Shown here: positions 1 to 13,150 of the stretch, piece by piece
How positions within the stretch are numbered: position 1 is the first letter of the stretch
Layout of the letters: each line of letters begins with the position of its first letter
Origin: Octopus vulgaris
Taxonomy: Eukaryota
Assembly: GCA_951406725.2 (NCBI GenBank)
Contig: OX597819.1
Coordinates: forward strand, 26,660,001 to 26,724,000
DNA: 64,000 nucleotides
Direction of reading: 5' to 3'
Program-made: the position numbers and the translations under genes
The notes under the pieces: generated by a model
Told to the model about the DNA's origin: nothing
Databases searched by the model: none
The model's input: only the letters and a program-made list of their open reading frames with translations

Positions 1-2
1 TA

Positions 3-131
3 CGTAAACTAAAAGAAGCAGCACATATGCTAGTACACAACAACATCTTAAGCAGACTGAGTGAAGATATGAGTAGCATATGGGAACCAGTATTAAGGAA
101 GGATAGAAATATATTAAAATTCACTCCATAA
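3..131 (+). mobile_element. Penelope-like element, C-terminal end of GIY-YIG endonuclease (fragment running off the window start)
   Basis: Frame from nt 3 reads RKLKEAAHMLVHNNILSRLSEDMSSIWEPVLRKDRNILKFTP*, matching the RKxKEA..I...N/SR....LS.IW.P tail of PLE GIY-YIG domains. Confidence 0.65.
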
Positions 132-195
132 TTGTCCACGGGTATATTTCGTAGTGGCTAAGATACCGAGTTCGATTCCAGGTGGTGACCTGAAC

Positions 196-217
196 AATAA
201 TAATAATAATAATAATG

Positions 218-252
<35 letters not shown>

Positions 253-472
253 TATAATAGTAAAAATGATAATAATAATTATAATTATAATAGTAAAAAT
301 GATAATAATAATAATAATAGTAAAAAGGATAATAATAATAATAATAATAATAATAATCATTATTATTATTATAATAGTAAAAATGATAATAATAATTATA
401 ATTATAAAGGTAAAAATGATAATAATAATAATAATAATAATAGTAAAAAGGATAATAATAATAGTAAAAATG

Positions 473-523
<51 letters not shown>

Positions 524-540
524 GTAAAAATGATAATATT
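196..540. repeat. (AAT)n microsatellite with interspersed AGTAAAAA(T/G)GAT units
   Basis: Directly visible; explains the poly-N/poly-I ORFs at 121-579. Confidence 0.95.
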
Positions 541-541
541 A

Positions 542-892
542 TAAGGTATACTAGCCATCTCAATATGGCTAACCACTAAGGGTGGGTGTTACTGTAGCTC
601 CTCCAGCTGGCTTTAGGCATACTTTCTGTGCCCTTATGGTATTTGCAAAGGGAGGTCACCCCTCCCTCGTCAACCTACGTGATACGCACGGACTGCAGTT
701 TCTAGGTATTTGCCTGTCTTCAGCGTACGGCAATCACCGGTTGACGAGGGAGGGGTGACCTCCCTTTGCAAATACCATAAGGCACAGAAAGTGTGCCTAA
801 AGACAGCTGGAGACGATGTTCTCCTGAGGCTACAAGCTACAGTAACACCCACCATTAGTGGTTAGCCATATTGAGATGGCTAGTATACCTTA
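542..892. repeat. Long inverted repeat (arms 542-675 and 739-892), probable inverted PLE pseudo-LTR
   Basis: TAAGGTATACTAGCC...CTCGTCAACC is reverse-complementary to GGTTGACGAG...GGCTAGTATACCTTA. The right arm has an extra ~21-nt segment, and the loop contains a hammerhead. Confidence 0.9.
679..737 (-). ncRNA. Type I hammerhead ribozyme, intact core
   Basis: Minus strand: GTGAT tgc CGTACG CTGAAGA c AGG caaata CCT a GAAA CTGCAG TC^ CGTGCG t ATCAC. It has a CUGANGA/GAAA core, a GUC cleavage triplet, a palindromic loop III and a bulged stem I. Confidence 0.85.
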
Positions 893-957
893 CATTGTCG
901 TGCAGTTACTGTTTACATCTCGTTCAAAGATTTATTATTGATAATAATAGTAATAAT

Positions 958-993
<36 letters not shown>

Positions 994-1048
994 GACAACG
1001 GCATCGAAAAATACTTTACAAACGAAATCCTAGGTTCGAAATTTTCCC

Positions 1049-1096
1049 AAGACACCTTATGAAGGCTGGAGGGTATATCAGCCGAAACGTTGTCTT
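1049..1096 (+). ncRNA. Degenerate PLE-type hammerhead (core CUUAUGA)
   Basis: AAGAC ac CTTATGA a GGCTG gagggtatat CAGCC GAAA CG TT GTCTT; G5>U core change. Confidence 0.65.
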
Positions 1097-1155
1097 AACA
1101 ACATACAAGATGAGGACATATATCCGTCAAATGTAAATTATAGATACTATTATTA

Positions 1156-1220
1156 TGGCAGAATCGTTAGCAAACCGGGTGAAATTTTTCGCGGTATTTT
1201 GTCAACCGCTACGTTCTAAG
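1156..1220 (+). mobile_element. SINE family B 5' fragment
   Basis: TGGCAGAATCGTTAGC...GCTACGTTCT matches the head of the copy at 32436. Confidence 0.6.
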
Positions 1221-1266
1221 AAAGACGGAGAAAGAAAATCGCCAGCGATACACACGCGGTCACAAG

Positions 1267-2808
<1,542 letters not shown>

Positions 2809-2915
2809 AAGTTGAGTATAGAGATTCGGGGTGAGTACTTGATAATTATAAGCACCTGTGTATACCGTTTGGTGGTGTAGGTGGTGGAGTAAATTGATCA
2901 AAATAAAATAAAAAC

Positions 2916-3166
2916 ATGATGCGAAGGATTCAGCGGTACATATGAGAGAAGAAAGAGATGGACGCTTCAATTCTATGCTGCTGCCGCATTATGTCGTACG
3001 TGAATGAGAGGATTTGCATCCCCAACCAAGAATTTTTAATGTAACACTTGTCCTTGTTGAAGCTGTTGTGCGCGGCTGAAGAAGGCCACAGACATACATT
3101 ATGCATTGTTATAAATCTGTCTAATAAAGGCCCGAAACATAAGTACCGCTGAATCCTTCGCATCAT
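2916..3166. mobile_element. PLE-derived cassette bounded by a perfect 24-bp inverted repeat
   Basis: ATGATGCGAAGGATTCAGCGGTAC (2916-2939) versus GTACCGCTGAATCCTTCGCATCAT (3143-3166); contains a hammerhead. Confidence 0.75.
3072..3149 (+). ncRNA. Type I hammerhead ribozyme, intact core
   Basis: GCGG CTGAAGA a GGCC ACAGA...TCTGT...GGCC c GAAA CATAAG TA^ CCGC; stem I GCGG/CCGC, GUA triplet. Confidence 0.8.
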
Positions 3167-3307
3167 ATGTATATATGTATATATATATGTATATATGTAT
3201 ATGTATATGTGTATATGTATATGTATATATGTATATGTATATGTATATATATATGTATATATGTATATGTATGTATATATATATGTATATATGTATATGT
3301 ATATATG

Positions 3308-3338
<31 letters not shown>

Positions 3339-3349
3339 CTGTGTATATA

Positions 3350-4495
3350 CAGTGGCGGCCAAAATGTTCAGAACGGCATTGTTTTCGTCAGAAAAGTAGA
3401 TATAATTTTTTATCAAAGTTGTTTTATATTCTATAATTTTCACAGACAATAAATACGATATTATTTGTTATTGCCTGCGATTTTTGTGTAATTTTAGAGG
3501 ATAATACAAACGTTATGGATGATTTAGTGATTTACTGCAAAACCCATGGTGGCCAAAAGGATCAGAACGGTTTCTTTTACTCCGTGTTTTAATATATTTA
3601 ACAAGCAAACTCTAATATTTTGAATTTGTTTACGTGGCGATTCGTTTACTAAACATTAGTAAGAATATTTGTAGTGTACTTTGTTAATATAATGCCACTT
3701 ACTCCGTTAACAATTCGTCAGTAGATTATTAAGCTTCGAAGGAAGGATAATTTAAGTATTGGATCTATTGCAAAGATTGTTAACAAGTCAAAAAGTATGG
3801 TACACGGTATTCTTAAGGTCTACGATGATTGTGGTTCGTGTGAAGCAAGAAAGTTTACAGGTAGGCCAAGAAAAACGACCAAGAGAGAAGATCGTGCTAT
3901 GGTAAAGTTGATTAAAAAGCACAGATTTAAAACTGCTGCTGCTGTTTCTCGGAAAATGAGCATTGTATTGAAGAAAACTTTATCTCGAAAAACTGTGTCT
4001 CGTCGTTTAGTTGAACATGACCTACAAGCAAGAGCACCTGCAGTGAAGTCACTGATCAGCTCCAAGAATAAAAAGTGTCGTCTTACCTTTGCAACCGAAC
4101 ATGTGTTGTGGTCTCAAGAAAAATGGCAAACGGTGCATTTCAGTGATGAATCTAAGTTTATGTTATTTGGCTCAGATGGGAAAAGGTACGTTCGTAGAAA
4201 AGTAGGTGAAAAATTGTTGCCTAAATGCCTTAAGACTAGTGTTAAATTCGGTGGAGGAAGTGTCACGGTTTGGGGGATGATATCTGGAGATGGTGTGGGC
4301 CCTTTGGTACGATTACATGGAAAGGTAAATGCAGGAGTTTATAAACAACTTGTAAAAGATCATGTCTTGCCTGTGCAGGACAATGCCCCATGTCACAAGG
4401 CTAAGTTGGTCATGAACTTCCTCAAGGCTGAAAAGGTTATTGTTACGTAGTGGTCTGCTCAAAGCCCAGATCTCAATCCTATTGAAAATGTATTG
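3350..4495 (+). mobile_element. Tc1-family (DD34E) DNA transposon, 3'-truncated, defective transposase
   Basis: TA|CAGTGGCGGCCAAAA left end. ATG at 3692 with in-frame stops at 3722 and 4448. Motifs GRPRKTT, FSDESKF, VKFGGGSVTVWG, QDNAPCH and SPDLNPIEN with 34-residue D-E spacing. Confidence 0.93.
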
Positions 4496-4557
4496 AATAT
4501 GTATTTCGAAAGCCAGAAATATATAAATATAAATATATAAATTCGTTCATGCTATAA

Positions 4558-4752
<195 letters not shown>

Positions 4753-4779
4753 ATTTTTATTTTATATATATTATATATA

Positions 4780-4816
<37 letters not shown>

Positions 4817-4878
4817 TATATATATATATATATGTATTTATATTTATATATATTTATATATATATTATTTTTTTTTTT

Positions 4879-5087
4879 TGGGAAGCTTTATGAAAATAGA
4901 CAAAAGACGAAGGCAGGTGGAAAACAAACGAACAATTGTATTAGTATGGCGCTCAGGAAATATAAATAAAACAAGTCTTTAACGTTTCGAGCCTACGCTC
5001 TTCAACAGAAAGATACACAGAGAGAAAAAAAACACGGAAAGAAGGAGAGAAAAAAATGCGTGCAGTAGCTAACGAATCAACATGGCG
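4879..5087 (-). mobile_element. ~200-bp non-autonomous PLE-type repeat carrying a variant hammerhead (4976-5013)
   Basis: Near-identical to the reverse complement of 38890-39080. Minus strand reads TCTTT CTGTTGA a GAGC gtag GCTC GAAA CG TT^ AAAGA. Confidence 0.75.
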
Positions 5088-6163
5088 ACACACACACACA
5101 CATCTTTTTGAAATGTGGCCTTGACAAATGCCACTTAACCTCAACGTTGACTTCTAACATAAAGTGATTAATCATCTTCGGTTTTGCCTGTATATTTTTC
5201 ATACTGAATCAAGTATAGGTTTGCAAAATTCATTCACGCTATAAATTTTAACAGCGTTCTTGTTACAGTTCTAGGTTTTGGGGTTCTGTATTAGAGCGTC
5301 GTAGAGCTTCAAACTTGTGTATGCTCAGCACCTCTGTTTAGAGATTTAAGCTATGTGCACTGACACAAGTGACGAGTTTACTTAGAGTGGTCGAACGTAG
5401 TACTTTAGAGTAACAAGTAGAACATTTTTTATGACTGGTTGCGTTGTTTATGACGATTGCAGAACCTTTTTGCATGTAGTATAGATGTGCAAATGATAGA
5501 TATGCAGAGATAATGGAGTGAAAGAATTCATGATGGTGAGATTTCTTCATATGTACTGAGTAGATTTCGGAGGGGAAAAAAGCACACAGAGAGTAAAACA
5601 ATGTTTTTTTTTTTCAGAATAAATAATAAATAATCTCCCCGACTGAGCTTCAAAGTGGAAGTTGTCTTTACACGTGTGGATGTTTTATCTACTGGTTATA
5701 CGATGTTGTGATACAATGTTGTGAAGTAAATGCATTAGAATATTATCTTTCATTTCATTTGATCCGACATCAAATCTTTGTTGCTTACACAGGCAGCCAG
5801 AAAACATAGTTAAACACATGGGATATGTCTGGAAGCAACATTTCATAAGAGAGTAAATACGTCAGACACACGTTGTTTAAAAATACAGCACAATTGAAAC
5901 ACATAAAGCTTTCTAATGTTAATGTTCAGAAACACACGTGCTTCTAATTAAAAAAAAAAAATAATAATAACTGATTTAAAATTCTATCACGTTGTAACTA
6001 TCGAATGTACTCATAGATTGTTTAAATTGATTTCACACTTATTGACTCTTAATATGAGCTGGAGGTTAATTATCTGTAAGTGAAGAAATTCTTCCCCACC
6101 TCTCTCTGTCCCTCTGTCTCTCTTTTTCCCTCTCTCTCTCTCTCTCTCTCTGTCCCTCTGTCC

Positions 6164-6210
<47 letters not shown>

Positions 6211-6539
6211 CCCCTTACTCCATTTTTGACACTCAATTCTCTGAGGCCATTTCCTTTTCTTTCTCATTCAAGTCATTTTGTAATGCTGGTGGCGAAAGGT
6301 CTCACTTTTTCATTGTCTCTCTGCTTCACCTTCCTCCCTGCTCCGCGCCTCCCTCCTTCCGCTCTTCTCTCATTCGCTCTTTATCTACTTCTCCATCTCC
6401 TCACTTCTACCCCTTTCTCTTCACCCTTCCGCTGCTTGTCTATGAACACATTTGCTCCCAATTGTATGTCGTGAATTACATAATGCTGCGTTGATCTCTG
6501 TAACACTAGTTGTCTATGGCGCCGAGAGACAACACATAA

Positions 6540-7460
6540 ACCTTCTTCAACCTACGTGATCTCACCGCCACTTAGACATAAAGGCCTTGCATGAAACAAT
6601 CTTCAATTCAACCAAATCATCTTCAATTATTCCCAAACAATGTATCCTCAGATTTAGCCCCTGCATTCAGCAAACTTTTCAATCTTCCTTCCCCTCTCTA
6701 CTTCTCTTAACGTGTCTGTGTGTCCCGGAATATAATTCGATATTTGGAAAGATGTTGTAGTGTGTCACAATAGCCCTGGGGGTATGCCCTCTGACTCAGC
6801 CCAATATTGACAGGTCAGTCCTCCTTCTATCATCTCAAAATCATTACTAAACACCTTCTTCAATATAGTGATTTTGTTTTTCTGGTTCACGACAACTACG
6901 GCTTTTATAAATATAGGTGTACTAGACAATTACTTTTCTATGTTCGTAAGCACTGAGTTAGCAACCTAGAGAAATTTGAATAGTATAACATTCAACAAAA
7001 AAACCTGCCTCACAAAGATTGTTTTTCTTCCTTTAAAATCAGAAAATACGTCTTGGGTCCCAAATTCTTAACTTTGTACAAACATCATGGATTGCTGCCC
7101 TTACACATTTTTACGTCTGAGACAGTGGTGTTATAAAACATAAAACCATCCACGACTGCATGAAGGATAGGTCACACAGCTGTCTTTTCACACGTTTTAT
7201 TTCTTTATTATAACAACTTTGGCATCTACTCCTTGGAGATGGTTACAGTTGTGACACAACCAATGAAATATCTTGCTTCAATCATTTAGTATCCTCTCTT
7301 CGTCCAGAATGGTGTGTCTAGCACAAAACTACTTATCATTCAGGTCCTACACTAACCGATTCTCCACTTTTTCCGTCCGATGACGATTTCCCTCTGTGGA
7401 TGTTTTATTGTTCCGCTTATAGCTGTCCAGGAACGTTGTTGTTGAAGTTTTAGGGATGTT
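6540..7460 (+). mobile_element. Highly degenerate non-LTR (CR1/L2/Jockey-group) ORF2 remnant
   Basis: Broken frames give DLAPAFSKLFNL, WKDVVV, SDSAQY*QVSPPSIISK (cf. SDPxNYRPISLxSIxSK) and YGF.KYRCTRQLL (cf. QYGFRxxRSTxDLL). Confidence 0.65.
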
Positions 7461-7492
7461 ATACTCACAGATCATTCCTTATTCTACATCAT

Positions 7493-7545
<53 letters not shown>

Positions 7546-8039
7546 GCGTATACGCTTATATAGGCTGTGTCGTAAGAATCTTGTTTCTCGGAGGGAGGAG
7601 CCAATGCCCTGGACAGAGGACGAGGAGTGGATTTGCCGGTGATTTCGAGGATCATATCGGATGTCACTATGGTCAAGGTAATGAACACCTTCTCAAAGGA
7701 CATGTTCTGGGACCCCAACCTAGACCTGGAGCATTGCTTAAGAGAAGCGTAAGCCTGGTCTGAGAGGAGGGGCTTTGTGAATAGTATTTATATATATTAT
7801 ATGTAATTATTGAACTATGTTGTTGTTTGTGATGGACAGTTAAGTCCAAAAATTTAAAAGTTGTAAAAGTTGTTAGAGGTTTAATACCTCGTTTTGTGTT
7901 TGGTTTTAACGAACAATGTTTTAGAGAGGCAGAAGTCGGCGGGCGCTTTTTGTCTTCTCCCATCCTTATCATTTTTCTTTCATTATCATTCATTAATGTC
8001 TTTGTCCAGCCCGCCTTTATGGCAAATGTAATGAAATAA

Positions 8040-8388
8040 AGAAGCTTGCTCCCAACCTCATGGTTCTGGGTTCGGTCCCACTACGTGGCACCTTGGGCAA
8101 GTGTCTCCTAGTATGGCCTTGGGCCGACCAAAGCCTTGAGAGTGGATTTGGTAAATGAAAACTGAAAGAATCCCGTCGTATACGTGTGTGTTTGTCTTTC
8201 TCTCTGTGTTTATCCCCCCCACCGCCGCCTGACAACCGGTGTTGGTGTTTTTAAGTCCCCATAACTTAGCGTAACGCTTTAAAAAATCATTTGTCCTGGA
8301 TTCGATCTATTTGACTAAATACCCTTGAAGGTGGTGCTTCAGTATGGCCGCAGTTACATGACTGAAACAAGTAAAAGAATAAAAGAAT
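8040..8388 (+). mobile_element. SINE family A (octopod OK/OR-like), degenerate
   Basis: GGCACCTTGGGCAAGTGTC...GCCTTG...GTGCTTCAGTATGGCCGCAG...TGACTGAAACAAGTAAAAGAATAAAAG is shared with 20772-21128. Confidence 0.8.
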
Positions 8389-10039
8389 AAACACAATGTA
8401 TATATGTTCCCATACGTGCACAATGTATAGATCGAATACATGCACACAAACATATACCAACACAGAAAGACACTAACACAGGTACAAATAGATGCCAACA
8501 AACAACCACACACACGAGCACACAATTTGAACATTGGATCAGTGGATTGCAGACTTTTGTCATGTAGAGGTCTGATGCTGTAACCCACATATTTGATTCG
8601 CGTATGAAACTGTTACTGAATTAACGTAAACTGGTAACTCCTGAACATGAAAAAGTATTCAAAATATCGAGATAATATATGCGAACAATCAGAAGAAAAA
8701 GAGGGAGGAAAAGAAGAAGAACAACAACAGCAACAATAATATTAATACGTTGTTTAGAGAGCAAATATCCCGATTTCTTCACAATTTGGAAAAATTCAGA
8801 AATGATTATAAAACTGATTTCGGAAAACATTCAAGTTGTTGGAAACCTTATGCGTATACTAAATAGATTGAAGTAATTATGCCATTAGCAGCGAGTTTTT
8901 CAAATTATCCAGCTTTCCGCTATAAGGCAGCTAAATGAACTGAAGATTTGAGCAGCTGTGAACATTCCATTTGGTTATATGTGAATCAATTTTCAATATT
9001 AAACGGAATACTAACAAGTCCTTGATAATTTTCTATAGCTGACGGAGACTGAATAGGCAAAGATTGTGTGTTGCTGTGCAGTATAGTATTTTTATAGATG
9101 AATATACGAGCAAAAATGTAATTATAACAAGAAACAAAAATGCAATAAAAAAATACAAATTAAGCATGTGTTTCTTAGTTTCCATTAAACTTGTTATATC
9201 AGATTTCAGTGAATTATGTTTTTATTTTCACCAGAAGTAGTAAATTCTTTGAATATGTTATTGAGCGTCTGATACAAGTAATAGCACACAATTAAATGAA
9301 CAAGAACTTCTATGATATAATAGAACGGATTCAAAAACAAATTTAACAAATGAGAATCAAACTTTCGCATTCAAATAACGAATTCAACTGGTACTGGGAT
9401 ACACATTCAAACGAACTACACAAATGCACACACACACACATGTAGACGCATAAGTTTTACTTATATGACTCTGCATTTCCAGTTCGAATCCCGCAGTGTT
9501 CCTTTGTTAGTTTCTTTTATCTCCAGTCTATAATATGAAACACTAGTCAAATAATACGGCTAGTACAATCTGTCAAAGTGTTCTGAAAACGCATATTTTT
9601 GTACATGCATGAGAAATATTTTTTGTGAGTTGAAGCAATTCAGGAAATGTTTTCATCAGATACGACGTTCGCGTATGGTAGCTGAAACTTCTGTCTGAAA
9701 TACGTATTATTAGTGTAGAAAACCAACAAAATACATAAAGTTTATGCGGCACTATTAGCAGTAGAATATATCCAAAGAAGTATGATAGCAATAGGATCAA
9801 AACATTTCGACATATCATCATCACAGACCTACTAAAGAACTAGACAACAACGAATCAATCTAACATACTTTCCCTGATGCTATGGACAATCATAAACATA
9901 TCCAAGACGTCATCACATATTTATGCATACAAATATCTTGTTATCCTCTATGAATATGTGAATATGTATGAGTTTTTTTACTGAGTGTAGCGCAAAAGTA
10001 TGTTGACATTTACTATTTACTCCAATATAAAAGACACGC

Positions 10040-11030
10040 TGTTAGCGTCATATGTGTTCGAAGTGTCAGCACTGAGCCTTAACACATTCCCGGAGTCTGT
10101 CAGCCACTGCGATACACGGTAATTCATAGGTCCAGGTTGGTGCTGATTTCTTGACAGGCCTTTGTAATGAACCCATTTAGTTGAGGTAGAGTGCGTGGTT
10201 CTCTTTGGAAGACATTCTGTCTCACAGCACACCATAAACGAAATCTATAGACGTGCAGTTCGAAGAGCTAAGAGATCAATCGATTCTACAACGTCGCCCA
10301 ATCCACAGCACTGGAAACATTTTATCGGGGAAATGACACATATGATTTGCAAAATGAGGTGGTGCCCCATCTTCTTTGAATAGCAGCGCACCAAATTTAC
10401 GCATAGCCTGCATTGTGCGCACCATCTTCTAGCACAGCCTGTCAAGATAGTTGTCAGCATTAAGTGTACTCTCAAAAGGACTCCGTAACTCGACGGATCC
10501 TCCCATACGGTGACACCCGGCTGATTCATCTCTGTTACTATTGTCAAGTGGACAGTTTTGTGATGCTAGTGAACGCAGTCATGCTTGCTGACATGACCTG
10601 ACAACTTAAAACAGGCCTGGACCGACCAAACAATCTTGTCAAAGTCTGTTTTCTGCGAGCTGCATACGACGATCTGGGCAATACATATGCTAAAGTTGGA
10701 ACGATCTGAGTCACTTCCGTTAGGTACTGCGGAAGTCTTGGTCAGTATGGCTTCAATTTGAATTATTTCATGAGACAACCAGAGATCTTCGTGAAATACT
10801 CAATGTTATAATGTGGATCTTTGTCCACTTGTATGTTATTATCGGCGCTGTAATATTCTTGTCACCTCTATTATGGTGCGGTGGTGTTCCGCGTTTTGTT
10901 ATCTTTAACTCGTCTATCGTGCTATCGCTGATAGCTCCGCAAGATAATGGCTTTGAAAACATCTAACTTGGCGGTATCTCGAACTCGTATATATCACGTA
11001 ACTGACACTGACTCCGACTGAAAACTCGAA
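10040..11030 (-). mobile_element. rosa/ITmD41D (DD41D) Tc1-mariner superfamily transposase pseudogene
   Basis: Minus frames give KIVWSVQACFKLSGHVSKHDC, PGVTVW and FKEDGAPPHF...FPVLWIGRRCRID*SLSSSNCTSIDF, with 41 residues between the last two Asp. Ends are approximate. Confidence 0.8.
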
Positions 11031-11713
11031 CAACAACTCTACTGCAACTGACCTCCTACAACGACTGACTGTCTGACTTTACAATGGCTGTTTCGTACCA
11101 TTTTGTCACGTGGGAAGGGGAGGACCATTTTCATTACAACACTCAACATAACCAAAGCTCGTCTGGTAGGCAGTGCCGGGCTATTCACCAACATCAATGA
11201 TAGATGCAACTTTTCTTCTTCGGTTCTAACAATTTGTGGGCTTCCGGATTTCGGATTTCGGAGCGTTCTTCACTAGATTTGTCTCCTCGAATTTGTCTGT
11301 TATTCTGTATAGCGATCTTCGTGAAGACGTAAAATTCTGGAAAGTTTCTTCCCAGTTTTCGCTGACAATTTCTGCTTTTTCGAACGTCTAGTAGTTATTA
11401 AGACCCACATTCTTGCCTTATCTTCACGACACAACGAAAAATGAAGAAGTAACTGCCAGCGTACTTTTAACCTATCTCTATATGTGTGTGCAGTGTGTCT
11501 GTATAAACAGGTGTATATATAAATATATATACATGTATATGTAACGTCGATACTTTGCTTAATTCTGAGACACTTTCAAAAGTTCATTTAGGAATGGACG
11601 TAAACATTTGTCTTGTCAGAATTATATTTCTTTAAATGCCATATGTGTATGTATGTATGTGCGTGTGTGTGTATGTGTGTGTGTATATTGGATAGATAGA
11701 TAGATAGATAGAT

Positions 11714-11762
<49 letters not shown>

Positions 11763-12949
11763 CAAAGATACACAGATAGATATACACACATGTGGATAAT
11801 GTTTCTATATGAAAAGAGAATACAATGTGATTTTTCATGTTTTAAGTTTCTTTACGAAGGAACTAAACAAGTCAAAGATTACCATAAATTTGTTAGGTTT
11901 CTTATACACACATATGAATGTTCAAATATATATATATGTTGATATATATTCATTGATGTATATGTTCATTGATATTCCCCATAAAACATTTTGCCACCTA
12001 CTTTATTTTTAAATATGTTTTGCAACTTTCACTTCAACTATCATTTGTTACGGTCGCACTTAATGTCACCACCAATCAAATTGTTAATTTGATTTATTTA
12101 ATATCATCATAGAAACAAAACTATATATCTACTTGGATTTTAGCCGTAAATGTTCAATTATATATTTCAAGCTCATAAAGTGATACTTGTGTTGGATAGA
12201 GTATATGTCTAGTCCATTCAATGAATGCAGTATTTTTGATATATCATCATTAGTTTTTATTTTTCTTCTCTTGTTTTATTTGAATATGCTAATGATTAAA
12301 TATAGTTTCATTGATAAGATTTTATTTCTTTACCATATGAAAAGCAAGACAGAGAAATAAATTTTTAAGAAGATTTAAACATTTTAACTCTGATGAAGAT
12401 GAACAAATTGAGGTTTCTCCATATTTTTTTTTGACGTTTCATAAGGAGGGAAGGTACTGTCCATTGTCTCAGGGCCGTTGAGATTGTTCGGAGAGAGGGA
12501 GAGAGAGAGAGAGAAAGAAAGAGAGAAAGAAAGAGAGAGAGAGGGTTGGGAGTTGGAGCGAGAGCGGGCGGGCGCGAGGAAGGTATTATCTAACTCGGAA
12601 CCTACTGCGATTGCTTGCAACAGAATCAAACCCGCCAAAAGTTTCCAGGCGGCAATTTTTAATCGGTTGATGGTTTAAGTCATTAAAACCTGGTGGAATT
12701 TTATCTCAAGACGCAAAACGATGGAACAAACACTACAAGAGATTCGTGCTAACTCTCTTACACCTTTCCTAATCCACCGACTTAGATTCGCACTTTTATA
12801 ACGACAGCAAAAGAATGTAAGGCGAAGTCGATTTGGTGGAATTTGAACACAGGGTTTAGATAGCCGGATCAAATATGGCCGGCTATTCGATCCGATGCTC
12901 TTGTGATTTTGACAATAATTTGTTTTATGTCGTTTCTAAGGTATTTAAT

Positions 12950-13150
12950 ATAGGTTTCAAATTTTGGCACAAGGCAAACAAGTTCGGGGCAGGGAAATCG
13001 ATTACATCGACCCCGGAGTTCCATTATTACATAGTGTATCGTGATCGAAAGGATGAAAGGCACAGAAAAGCTCAGTGGAAGTACGTAAAAACGAACGAAG
13101 CGCCGCTAAACACTTTACCAGGCACACTACCGATTCTGCAAGCTCACCGT
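12950..13150 (-). mobile_element. SINE family B, degenerate
   Basis: TTTTGGCACAAGG...TCGATTACATCGACCCC...GAAAGGATGAAAGGC motifs, as in 33507-33718. Confidence 0.65.

Noticed and set aside
7560-7775. GC-richer island, possibly a LINE endonuclease N-terminus or an exon on the minus strand
   Set aside because: No convincing motif or splice-site pair.
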